Notes under the pieces: model-generated | Told to the model about the DNA's origin: nothing | Seen by the model: the letters and a program-made list of their open reading frames with translations, nothing else | The model's database searches: none | Shown here: positions 20,285 to 30,032 of the stretch, piece by piece | How positions within the stretch are numbered: position 1 is the stretch's first letter | How the letters are laid out: each line of letters opens with the position of its first letter | NCBI GenBank assembly: GCA_963826785.1 | Contig: CAWGYD010000003.1 | Coordinates: 320,001 to 384,000 of the forward strand | Source: an uncultured delta proteobacterium | GTDB taxonomy: Bacteria; Desulfobacterota; Desulfobacteria; Desulfobacterales; Desulfosalsimonadaceae | Direction of reading: 5' to 3' | Length of the DNA: 64,000 nucleotides | Made by a program: the position numbers and the translations under genes

Positions 20285-21334
20285 ATGATCTGGCACCCCC
20301 TTTCGCTGACCGTCCTCTCTTTCGACCTGCTGGCCCTGGTGTTTCTGTCCCGGGCGGCAATCGTTTCCGCGCGGGTGCTGGTCTTCTGGGACCCGGCATC
20401 TGCTGAAAATGAACAGCTGCGCCTGGAAAGTGCGGCCGAAACCGCGGCGCTTTCGGGCCGGGCCGCCTTCGTCCTGGCCCTGTTTGCGGCCGCCGCCCTG
20501 GTCATGGCCGTCACCAACGGGTTTCCGGCGCTGGTTCCCGGCGCCATGTGCGGCACCGGGGTGCTCCAGGCCGCCGCCGGGCGTGGGGGAAAAGCCTTTT
20601 TTTTCACCCTGTGCGCCCTGGCATCCCTGTATGCCTGGCGCGTACTGGAGCGGATCAATCACGGCCGGCCCGATTTCCCCCTGGTCAAACCCGCCTCCCG
20701 GATGCTGCTTTTCTGCCTGCCCCTGCTGGTGCTGGCATCGTTTGCCGCATTTGACTTTCTTTCGCACGTAAACACCCATTCGCCCGTGGACTGCTGCAGC
20801 GCGGTGTACGATCAGGTTGCTTCGGTTGCCTCCGGGGGCGCTGCCGTGCGCGCCGGCGGCAGCCAAGTCATCGGCGATGCCGGCCTGGTGCGGCTTTTTT
20901 TCCTGCTGACGTTTTTTATGGCGGCCGCCGGCGGGCACGGTTTTTTCACCCGGGCCGATCCCGGCGGAAGTGCCGCGGCCGCGGCTGTTCTTTGTATATT
21001 GTGGGCGCCTGTGGCGGCCCTGGCCCTGGTCCGGGTCTTTTCCGCCTATATCTATGAAGTCCTGCACCACCACTGCCCCTGGTGTCTGTTTCTCCCGGAG
21101 CACCGCTTTGCCGGGTTTCTGCTGTTCGGCCTGTTGGGCATGGCCGCAGTCCAGGGCCCCCTGGCCCTGATGATCCACCGGGTATGCGCCCGCCGCCCCG
21201 ATCTCCTGCCCGAGAAAACCCGCCGCACCCGCCGCGCCCTTGCCGTCATGGCGGCCTGCGCCCTCCTGTTCGCCGCTTTTGCCGTCTACCCCGCCCTGTC
21301 CTGGCGGATGCGCTTCGGGGTGTGGATGGGATAG
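20285..21334 (+). CDS. Hypothetical polytopic membrane protein with Cys motifs
   Basis: Multi-TM; VPGAMCGTG, DCCS, HHHCPWCLF. Confidence 0.75.
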   Translation: MIWHPLSLTVLSFDLLALVFLSRAAIVSARVLVFWDPASAENEQLRLESAAETAALSGRAAFVLALFAAAALVMAVTNGFPALVPGAMCGTGVLQAAAGRGGKAFFFTLCALASLYAWRVLERINHGRPDFPLVKPASRMLLFCLPLLVLASFAAFDFLSHVNTHSPVDCCSAVYDQVASVASGGAAVRAGGSQVIGDAGLVRLFFLLTFFMAAAGGHGFFTRADPGGSAAAAAVLCILWAPVAALALVRVFSAYIYEVLHHHCPWCLFLPEHRFAGFLLFGLLGMAAVQGPLALMIHRVCARRPDLLPEKTRRTRRALAVMAACALLFAAFAVYPALSWRMRFGVWMG

Positions 21335-21427
21335 ATCCGGTGTGCCCGGATTTGCATTCAACCGGTGCGGAGCGTAAGGTTTTTCGAGGTGGGCGGGTTT
21401 TGGGGGAGCAGAGGGGTTCTTCGGGGG

Positions 21428-21746
21428 AACACCCCCCCTGCCCCCCCTCAAGGGGGGAATTGCACAGTTAGGGGCTCCCTCCAAGGTGGACAAATAACGT
21501 CTGTGGTGGATAAAGAACGTCTATGGTGGATTTATATTTATCGGGATTCACAACGATTTCCACCATCACAATTCCCCCCTTGAGGGGGGCGAAGGGGGGA
21601 ATTGCACAGTTAGGGGTCCCCTCCAAGGTAGGCAAATAACGTCTGTGGGGGATAAAGGAACGTCTATGCAGGATTCACATTTATCGGGATTCATAACGAT
21701 TTCCACCATCACAATTCCCCCCTTGAGGGGGGCGAAGGGGGGTGTC
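21428..21746. repeat. REP doublet with ~141-bp tandem duplication
   Basis: AATTGCACAGTTAGGGG...REP occurs at ~21458 and ~21600. Confidence 0.88.
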
Positions 21747-21817
21747 GCACCTGGCAAAAAACACATGGCAATCAATAAATGAAACACATGGCAGTCGATA
21801 ATAATGGATTCGGAATC

Positions 21818-22697
21818 ATGAAAAAAAATCACCCGGCAGTCCTGCTGGCCGTCCTGCTCCTGGTCCTGGCCCTTTCCGTACCCGGCGACGCCCGGGAAGA
21901 CCGGCGGATCATGGTGCTTAATCTGGCCGGGCAGGAAGATGTGCCGCCGGGAAAACCCTTTCTGGCCTATGCCGAAACGCGGGGATGGACAAGCCCCCTG
22001 GGCGACCCGGTCTACTTCTTTATCAGGGATGGAAAACTGCACCTGGTGAGCCGGCCCGGGCCGGTGTACAACAGCCGATACTGGCTGGCCATTTTCAACC
22101 GGGACAAGTTGAAGGACCGGATCGAAAACAAGGTGCTGATGCGCATCACCCCTGCAACATTTCGCATCGACCCGCAAACCTATCCCCTCCTCGGATTTGC
22201 CATGACCCCCGAAAAGCTCCCTTCACCGGCGGCGGACCTGCGGGATTCGGGCAAAAACGACGCCGCCTTTTACCTCATCGTGGCTTTCGATACCCGGCGG
22301 CACGATTTCATGGGCTACGAAATGCCCGAGTCCATCGCCTATGTCTGGGCCAACCGGCGCTGGGAAAAACCCGTGGCCGTTGACCCGGATTATGATGCGT
22401 TCATGCGCTACATCGCCATCGGATGGGGAAGCGGGCAGCTGGGGAAAACAGCAGGGTGTGCTTCGCGACGTCGGCAAGGATTTTCTGAAGGCCTACCCGG
22501 AGCACCAAAGCGTCCCGGATATCATCGGCATCAGCCTCATGATCGACAGCAACACCCTGGGCGGGACCGCCGAGTCCACGCTGTCGCGCGTCTGGTTTGA
22601 AAGGAGGGGGGGCCTCGGGGCGGCCGCAGGCCGCAACACCCCCCTTCGCCCCCCTCAAGGGAACACCCCCCCAACCCCCCCTCAAGGGGGGGAATAA
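21818..22697 (+). CDS. DUF3047-like exported protein, +1 frameshift near 22448; stop lies inside a REP
   Basis: Signal peptide; SIAYVWAN, RDVGKDF..AY, IGISLMIDSNT resemble DUF3047. Confidence 0.65.
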
Positions 22698-23326
22698 ATA
22701 GGGGGGATGCCCGGGTGAGAGCGGGATTCATCATTTGATTGCTTGACTGGATTCCGGCTAACAGATTGGCGGCGGCAGGCCGCGACACCCCCCCTAACCC
22801 CCCTCAAGGGGGGAATAAATAGGGGGTCGCCCGGGCGAGAGCGGGATTCATCATTTGATTGCTTGACTGGATTCCGGCTAACAGATTGCCGGAATGACGG
22901 AGGTTTGCAGGGGGGATGCCATACGTTTGCATTCCCCTCTCGAGAGGAGATATTCGTATTTCCCCCCTCGAGAGAAGATGTCAGCATTCCCCTCTTGAGA
23001 GGAGATTCCTTGCTTTCGTATTCCCCCCTAAGGGAAGATGCCGTGCGTTCGTATCCCCTCTTGAAGGAGATGCCCTTGCATTCGTATTCCCCCCTTGCAG
23101 GGGAGATGCCACCTGTCGTATTCCCCCCTTGCAGGGGAGATGCCACCTGTCGTATTCCCCCCTTGAGGGGGGTCAGGGGGGTGTAGCGCTTGAGGGTATA
23201 GTGAATATGCCCCTTCGAGGAGGGTCAGAAGGATGTTATACATAGCGGAAATTCCCCCCTTGTGGGGATCCAAGGGGGTGTTCCGTATTTCTAAATTCCC
23301 CCCTTGAGGGGGGTCAGGGGGGTGTC
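22636..23326. repeat. REP cluster: 120-bp duplication plus array of eight degenerate hairpins
   Basis: 22696-22780 repeats at 22816-22898; hairpin units at 22929-23184. Confidence 0.85.
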
Positions 23327-23507
23327 GTGCCTGTACCCCTTCTGCGGGCCGGGTAGCTGTTTCCGGCCAAGGCCACTTAACCCCGGAGCCAAAGGGTTGC
23401 CGCTGCCCGAATTCTGATCAATTCTGACAGAATTGAATTGATAATAATTTGAAATTGTCTATAATGTTGATCTTTATGCATCAAATACGCCCCAAGGGAG
23501 GGGAACC

Positions 23508-26500
23508 ATGGCCGAAAGGAAAAAAGCGCCGCAGAAGTCCAGAAAAAGGACCGCGCCCGAACACGAGCCCGAACTCGATGGAGAGTTGAAAAAACCCGAA
23601 AACCGCGACGATCGAGCCGCACCGCCGGCCAAAGACCCAAAGAGTCGTTCCGGTGATCCGGAATATCTGCCGCCGGCCGTCAAAACCCCCATCGTGGCCA
23701 TCGGGGCTTCGGCCGGGGGACTCGAAGCCCTGCAGTTATTTTTTTCCAATATGCCGGTGGATTCGGGCATCGGGTTTGTGGTGATCACGCATATCAAACC
23801 CCATCGGGAGAGCCTGCTCCCCGAACTGATCGCCAACGTCACCGACATTTCCGTTACATCCGGCGAGGAATCCACGCGCATCGAGGCCAACCGGATCGTG
23901 GTGGCCAAGGACTCCCTGCTCACCATCTCAAACGGCGTGCTTCACCACGTAAAGCAGGATGACATGCCGGAAGTCTCCTATCATCCCATCGATTATTTTT
24001 TCCGCGCCCTGGCCGATGATCAAAAGGAGTACGCCATCGGCGTAATCCTCTCCGGATCGGGAAACGACGGCACCCTGGGCATAAAAGCCATCAAGGCCGC
24101 CGGCGGCATGGCCATGGTCCAGGACCCGGATACGGCCAAGTACGCCGGCATGCCGGACAGCGCCATCACTACGGGCCTGGTCGATTTTGTTCTCTCGCCC
24201 GAATCGCTTCCCGAAGCCCTGGTGCAATACTGCCGGGGTCCCTTTCTCAAGCTTTCGCACCGGAAAGAAAACCTGCTGCTGCCGGATGAGGCCATCCACG
24301 GCATCCTGGTCCGCCTGCGGAGCCATACGGGGCAGGATTTCACCAGCTATAAAAAAAGTACCATGTCCCGGCGCATCGAGCGGCGGATGAACGTTCACCG
24401 GATCGAAGGGCCCCGGGACTACCTGCGCTTTCTACGGGAAAACCCCCGGGAACTCGATATCCTGCTCCAGGAGCTGCTCATCAGCGTCACCAGTTTTTTC
24501 AGGGACCCGGAGGCGTTTGAGGCCCTGGCGCAAAAAGCCATCCCCAAGCTCCTGGAATCCCGCGAGGACGGCCGGAACCTGCGCGTGTGGATCCCCGGCT
24601 GCGCCTCGGGGGAAGAGACCTATTCCATCGCCATCCTGCTCGACGAACAGATCCGCAGGGCCGAGAAGATCATGCAGGTCCAGATATTTGCCACCGACCT
24701 GGACGAACACGCCATCGAGACGGCCCGCAGCGGGCTGTATCCCGAAGGGATCGCCGCCGACGTCTCCCCCGAGCGCCTGATCCGGTATTTCTCCAAAGAA
24801 GACGGATACTACCGCATTCACAAAAGCATTCGGGACATGGTGGTTTTCGCCATTCAGAACGTCATCTCCGATCCGCCCTTCACCCGGATGGATCTCATCG
24901 TCTGCCGCAATCTGCTCATTTACCTGGACGCCAGCGCCCAGCAGCGGCTCTTCCCCCTTTTCCATTACGCCCTGAAACCCGGCGGGATGCTCTTTCTGGG
25001 TTCATCGGAGACCCCGGGGGAATCGAGCCGCCTGTTTCAGATGATCGACAGCCGGCACAAGATCCTGCGGCGACTGGAAACATCACATTATGTGTATCCG
25101 CAGCTGCCCCCGGTGCACCGGCACGACCGGGATGAACCGCCCGATGCGCCCGAAGCGCGCACCGGCCGCGGGGGGGGCATGCTGCCCCGGAGCATCGAGC
25201 GCCTGCTGCTGGAATGGTTCGTGCCCTGCAGCATCGTGGTGGACGAACACGACACGGTGCTCTATGTCCACGGCCGCTCCGGCCTGTACCTGGAGCCGGA
25301 GCAGGGGCAGCCGAAAAACAGCCTCCCCGGCATGGCCCGGGAAGGACTCAAGACGGCCCTTACCGCCGCGCTGCGCCAGATCCGGCAAAAAAAGAAGGCG
25401 GAAGTGGTGCAGCGCGGCATCCAGGTAAAGACCAACGGAAGCACGACCTCAACGGACATGACCGTCCGGGCCCTCAATGCCCCGGAAAATCTTCGCGGAT
25501 TGCTGCTGGTGACCCTGCAATCGTCCCCTCTTGCCGAAAAGAAGAAGCCGGGAAAGGGTGCGGCACCGGAAAAAGCGACCGAGGAGCCCGGACTCCGGGA
25601 GCAGCTGGAGATGGAACTCCAGTATACCCGGGAAAGCCTCCAGTCCACCATCGAGGAGCTGCAGACCACCAATGAGGAACTCAAGAGCTCCAATGAAGAG
25701 CTTCAGTCCACCAACGAGGAGCTCAACAGCTCAAATGAAGAGCTGGAGACCTCCCGGGAAGAGATGCAATCCCTGAATGAAGAATTAAACACCGTCAATG
25801 CCGAGCTTACTGCCAAGGTGGAAGCCCTGGCCCGCTCCAATGACGACATGAACAACCTGCTCAACTCCATGCAGGTGGCGATCATATTTCTGGACAACCA
25901 GCTGCGGGTCAAGCGCTACACCCAGAAAGCCCGGGACCTGGTCAAGTTCATCGACACGGATATCGGCCGGCCGCTGTCCGATCTGACCTTCAGCATGGAT
26001 TACCCCGACCTGATGAAAGACTGCCGCCGGGTGCTCGATTCGCTCATCCCCGCCGAAAAGGAGGTGCAGGACCAGGACGGCCGGTGGCACCTGGTGCGCA
26101 TGCTCCCCTACCGCACCACCGAAAACGTCATCGACGGCCTGGTGATGACCATCGTGGACATCAACAATATCAAAACCGCCAAGGCCTCCCGCGACTTTTT
26201 CGAAAGCATCGTGGATACGGTGCGCGAACCGCTGCTGGTGCTCGATGGCCAACTGCGGGTGGTAAAAGCCAATGAAGCGTTTTACCACCAGTTTGCCGCC
26301 CACCCGAGACAGACGGAAGGCCTGCCCGTTTATGAACTGGGCAGCGGCCAGTGGAAAATCCCCGAACTGCGGCGGCTTTTGGAAGAGATTATGCCCCGGG
26401 ACAGCGTCATTTCGGATTATGCGGTGGCGCACGATTTTCCAGTCATCGGCCGCCGGACGTTTTTGCTCAACGCCCGCCGGCTCAAACAGCTCGGACAGGA

Positions 26501-26552
26501 ATCCGACCTCATCCTGCTGGGTTTTGAAGACGCAACGGAGAAAAACGCATGA
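23508..26552 (+). CDS. CheB methylesterase-CheR methyltransferase fusion with coiled coil and PAS domains
   Basis: GASAGG, VITH, GNDG; ISVTSFFRD, GCASGEE, CRNLLIY; EELQSTNEEL repeats. Confidence 0.93.
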   Translation: MAERKKAPQKSRKRTAPEHEPELDGELKKPENRDDRAAPPAKDPKSRSGDPEYLPPAVKTPIVAIGASAGGLEALQLFFSNMPVDSGIGFVVITHIKPHRESLLPELIANVTDISVTSGEESTRIEANRIVVAKDSLLTISNGVLHHVKQDDMPEVSYHPIDYFFRALADDQKEYAIGVILSGSGNDGTLGIKAIKAAGGMAMVQDPDTAKYAGMPDSAITTGLVDFVLSPESLPEALVQYCRGPFLKLSHRKENLLLPDEAIHGILVRLRSHTGQDFTSYKKSTMSRRIERRMNVHRIEGPRDYLRFLRENPRELDILLQELLISVTSFFRDPEAFEALAQKAIPKLLESREDGRNLRVWIPGCASGEETYSIAILLDEQIRRAEKIMQVQIFATDLDEHAIETARSGLYPEGIAADVSPERLIRYFSKEDGYYRIHKSIRDMVVFAIQNVISDPPFTRMDLIVCRNLLIYLDASAQQRLFPLFHYALKPGGMLFLGSSETPGESSRLFQMIDSRHKILRRLETSHYVYPQLPPVHRHDRDEPPDAPEARTGRGGGMLPRSIERLLLEWFVPCSIVVDEHDTVLYVHGRSGLYLEPEQGQPKNSLPGMAREGLKTALTAALRQIRQKKKAEVVQRGIQVKTNGSTTSTDMTVRALNAPENLRGLLLVTLQSSPLAEKKKPGKGAAPEKATEEPGLREQLEMELQYTRESLQSTIEELQTTNEELKSSNEELQSTNEELNSSNEELETSREEMQSLNEELNTVNAELTAKVEALARSNDDMNNLLNSMQVAIIFLDNQLRVKRYTQKARDLVKFIDTDIGRPLSDLTFSMDYPDLMKDCRRVLDSLIPAEKEVQDQDGRWHLVRMLPYRTTENVIDGLVMTIVDINNIKTAKASRDFFESIVDTVREPLLVLDGQLRVVKANEAFYHQFAAHPRQTEGLPVYELGSGQWKIPELRRLLEEIMPRDSVISDYAVAHDFPVIGRRTFLLNARRLKQLGQESDLILLGFEDATEKNA

Positions 26553-28729
26553 TCGGCGATCAACACGGCCATTGGGAAGACAATTTCAAGGACCTGCGCA
26601 AAAAAGCCCTGACCCGGCTTCAACGCCGGCGGCCGGACCTGTCCGGCCTGGACACCGGGGACATGAAAGTCCTGGTGCACGAACTGGAAGTGCACCAGGT
26701 GGAACTCGAGGTGCAGAATGAGGAGCTTCGCCGGACCCAGTCCGAACTGATCGACGCCCGGGACGCCTACCTCGACCTCTACGAATTTGCGCCGGCGGGA
26801 TATCTTTCCGTAAACGACGATGGGACCATCCGGCGGCTCAATCTCACCGCGGCCACCCTGATGGGCGAGGAACGCGCGAAGTTGATGGGCCGGCGTGTGG
26901 AAACCCTCATCATCCCCGAGGACCGGGACGCCTGCTATCGCCTTTTGCGGGAAAGTGCCGCCGAAAATGCATCCCGGACAAAAGACCTGCGCCGGGTCTG
27001 CCCGGATGGCCGGGTGATCTGGCTCAATGCAACCGCGGTTCCCGTGCGGGATGTGACCGACGCAAGGGAAGGCTTCCGGGTGACCCTGTTCGACGTCACG
27101 GCCCGCAGGGAAGCCGAGGCGGCCCTGCAGCAGAGCGAGGCCACGTTCCGCAGCCTGATTGCCGAATCCTTCGACGGCATCATCATCATCGACCATGAGG
27201 GCAAGATTGTCGAGTGGAACAAGGGAGAGGTCCAGATCACCGGCATTTCACGGGAGCAGGCCATGGGCGCCTACCTGTGGGATGTCCAGTACCGGCTGGC
27301 CCCCCGCGAAATCCGGACACCCGCTTTCCTGGAAACCGCCCGGAAAAAACTGCTGGCGGCCCTGGAAGAAGGGGCCTACCTGAAGCGGACCATCGAGGAT
27401 GAAATCGAGCGGGAAGACGGCGCCCGGCGCATCGTGCAGTCCAACATTTTCGCCGTGCGCATCGGGGGAAAGCTTCTGGCCTGCGGCATCTGCCGGGATG
27501 TCACCCGGCGCCGGCAGGAGGAAAAAGCGCTGGCGCGCTACCGCGATGAACTGGAAGTCCGGGTGGCCGAACGCACCGCCGAAGCCGAAGCCCGGGCCGA
27601 GGCCATGGGCCGGCTGGCCCTGGAACTGTCCCGGGCCGAAGATGCCGAGCGGCGGCACATCGCCGCCATCCTGCATGACGACCTGCAGCAGTACCTGGCC
27701 TCCATGCGGTTTCGCCTGGGCAGCCTGGTTCCGGAAGACCAGATGAACGAAAAACTCGCGGGGCGGCTTTCTTCATTCGAGCAGATCATCGATGAGGCCA
27801 TCGGCAAATGCCGGACCCTTTCCCATGAACTCAGCCCCCCCGTTCTGGCCCAGAACGGTCTGCTGGCCGCGCTGAACTGGCTGGCGAGAGACATGAAGGA
27901 AAACCACGGAATCGACGTTTCCCTTCACACCGCCCCGGAAGCGGAACCCGAATCTCCCGCGCTGGCCTCCGCCCTGTACCGCTCGGTGCGGGAACTGCTC
28001 TTTAACATCGTCAAACATGCCGGAATACATGAGGCGAAACTCGACATCGAAGAAACCGGCGGACAGATCCGCATCCGCATCCACGATTCCGGCCGGGGAT
28101 TCGATCTGCCCGAACTCCGGAACCGGCAGGCAAATGACGACGGGTTCGGCCTGTTTGCCGTGGAGGAGCGGATCGGGTTTCTGGGGGGAACATTTGAGAT
28201 CACCACCGCCCCGGGGCAGGGCTGCCGCATCGAACTGAGCGTCCCCAGGGAGATCCGGCCGCATCCCGATGATGGGGAAGAACCGCTGAGCGCCGATTTT
28301 CCGGAGGCGCGCGTCGAAAAGCCGTCCGCCGGCCCGGAAATTACGGCAAAGCCGGACAAAATCCGCATCCTGCTGGCAGACGACCATGCCGTGATGCGCC
28401 AGGGCCTGGCCGGAATCCTGGAAAACCAGGCGGATTTCGAGGTGGTGGCCCAGGCCGAAAACGGCCGGCAGGCGGTGCACCTGGCCGAACAGACGTCCCC
28501 CGACGTCATCCTGATGGACATCTCCATGCCCGGTATGGACGGCATCGAGGCCACCGCCGAAATCATCAAAACCCATCCGGAAACCCGGATTATCGGCTTG
28601 AGCATGCATGATGACGATTCCACCAAAGAAAGAATGCGCCAAGCCGGCGCCGCCGCCTTCATCTACAAAGCCGAATCCACCGAAAAACTCGCCCAGGCCG
28701 TCCGCTCCGTCGTTGACGGCGGAAAATAG
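26549..28729 (+). CDS. PAS-PAS / HisKA_3 / HATPase / receiver hybrid sensor kinase
   Basis: ELEVHQVELEVQNEEL, LHDDLQQ, RELLFNIVKHA, LADDH...LMDISMP. Confidence 0.92.
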   Translation: MIGDQHGHWEDNFKDLRKKALTRLQRRRPDLSGLDTGDMKVLVHELEVHQVELEVQNEELRRTQSELIDARDAYLDLYEFAPAGYLSVNDDGTIRRLNLTAATLMGEERAKLMGRRVETLIIPEDRDACYRLLRESAAENASRTKDLRRVCPDGRVIWLNATAVPVRDVTDAREGFRVTLFDVTARREAEAALQQSEATFRSLIAESFDGIIIIDHEGKIVEWNKGEVQITGISREQAMGAYLWDVQYRLAPREIRTPAFLETARKKLLAALEEGAYLKRTIEDEIEREDGARRIVQSNIFAVRIGGKLLACGICRDVTRRRQEEKALARYRDELEVRVAERTAEAEARAEAMGRLALELSRAEDAERRHIAAILHDDLQQYLASMRFRLGSLVPEDQMNEKLAGRLSSFEQIIDEAIGKCRTLSHELSPPVLAQNGLLAALNWLARDMKENHGIDVSLHTAPEAEPESPALASALYRSVRELLFNIVKHAGIHEAKLDIEETGGQIRIRIHDSGRGFDLPELRNRQANDDGFGLFAVEERIGFLGGTFEITTAPGQGCRIELSVPREIRPHPDDGEEPLSADFPEARVEKPSAGPEITAKPDKIRILLADDHAVMRQGLAGILENQADFEVVAQAENGRQAVHLAEQTSPDVILMDISMPGMDGIEATAEIIKTHPETRIIGLSMHDDDSTKERMRQAGAAAFIYKAESTEKLAQAVRSVVDGGK

Positions 28730-28741
28730 GTTGGAAAATAA

Positions 28742-28980
28742 GGGGGTTAGGGGTTAGGGGTTAGGGTAGGGTTAGGGGTTGAGGGTTGAGGGTTAGGGTT
28801 AGGGTTAAGGGTTAGGGGTTAGGGATTGATGGGATTGAGGGAGTGATGGGAATGATGGGATGAGGGTGAGGGATGATGGGGTGAGGGATTGATGGGATGA
28901 GGGAATGATGGGATTGATGGGAATGATGGAATGATGGAATGATGGAATGATGGAATGATGGAATGATGGAATGATGGGAA
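28742..28980. repeat. G-rich tandem tract: TTAGGG(G) units grading into TGATGGGA then TGATGGAA
   Basis: Read directly; no C on the + strand over ~240 bp. Confidence 0.9.
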
Positions 28981-29004
28981 ATCTTGTTTCTCCCCGGCCC
29001 CCCG

Positions 29005-29380
29005 ACACCCCCCTTCGCCCCCCTCAAGGGGGGAATTTTAAGAAGGGGCCGCCCCCCTGATCTTACCAATTCCCCCCTTGAGGGGGGTGGGGGTTTCCGC
29101 TTGAGGGGGGGTGTTCCGCTTGAGGGGGAAGGGCAAAGGGGGGCAGTCCCCCCAAGGGATGGATTAAGGAGGGGGCAGTCCCCCTGAGAGTGGATTAAGG
29201 AAGGGCCGTCCCCCTGATATCCTATTCCCCCCTTTGAGTTTTCACTTTTTTTATTCCCCCCTTGAGGGGGGGCAGGGGGGGTGTTCCCCCTCGAGGCTTC
29301 ACTTTCTTCATTCCCCCCTCGAGAGTTCCCCATTTCTCAATTCCCCCCTTGAGGGGGGCGAAGGGGGGTGTTCCGCTTGA
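29005..29380. repeat. REP-like hairpin cluster
   Basis: Forward copy at 29005; reverse copies at ~29069, 29253, 29340. Confidence 0.85.
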
Positions 29381-29404
29381 GGAAATAAATCCCCCGTTAA
29401 TCCA

Positions 29405-30001
29405 TCAAAACAGCGCAAATACCGACAGGGTCAGCGCGCCCGGGCGGATGGTCCGGGCATCTTCGGGATAGGGCCGCTCGATGTCGACCCGGGCGCCGTC
29501 GTATGCGGCTTCCAGTCCCAGGCGCAGGCGTTTTTTTCGCAGCAGCTCCATCCCCGCACCCGCCAGCACCCCCGGGCGGGATTTCGACACGTAATCCCCC
29601 GAAGCGTAGTGCCAGGACAGCCCGGCGCGCACATAGGGAGAATATGCCGCATCGGGGAAAAAGAGGAATTTTGCGCTCAGACTGGCCGGAATCTGGACAT
29701 GATTCGCATCATCGATGAGGAGCATGAAAGGCCCCGCGCCGGCCCCCGCCCGGAGCCGGTCCGTGATCCTGCGGTGGGCCTGGAAAAACACGCCGATGGA
29801 CAGGGGATAGATGTCATCGCCCCGGCCGGCATCCCGGGCGTTTTGCCGATAGGCCGACCGGATCTCGTAAAAACCGCTCAACCAGGAATACCCCGCCGAA
29901 AACAGCCAGTCGTCCGCGTGGGCCTGCACCGGCAGGGGCAGAAGCAGCAGCATGGTCAGTACCAGGGAAGAGACAAGTGACTTTAAGGCATCCATCGGCA
30001 A
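29405..30001 (-). CDS. Putative outer-membrane beta-barrel protein
   Basis: Signal peptide, amphipathic strands, SPYVRAG, terminal Phe. Confidence 0.65.
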   Translation of the reverse strand: MPMDALKSLVSSLVLTMLLLLPLPVQAHADDWLFSAGYSWLSGFYEIRSAYRQNARDAGRGDDIYPLSIGVFFQAHRRITDRLRAGAGAGPFMLLIDDANHVQIPASLSAKFLFFPDAAYSPYVRAGLSWHYASGDYVSKSRPGVLAGAGMELLRKKRLRLGLEAAYDGARVDIERPYPEDARTIRPGALTLSVFALF

Positions 30002-30032
30002 ATCATCTCAGGAATGCCGGCCCGCATGCAAG

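Noticed and set aside
19662..20288. ORFs built from REP translations (PPLRGAKGG, SPLEGGEGG), also 22682-23245, 28812-29333, 30993-31346
   Set aside because: Open frames arise from stop-poor GC-rich repeats; no recognisable domain.
22929..23184. CRISPR array
   Set aside because: Units are degenerate REP hairpins with short, related linkers; no unique uniform spacers and no cas genes in the window.
28742..28825. Eukaryotic telomere contamination or chromosome end
   Set aside because: The tract is internal, imperfect and continuous with bacterial genes and with an octamer repeat also found at 6693.
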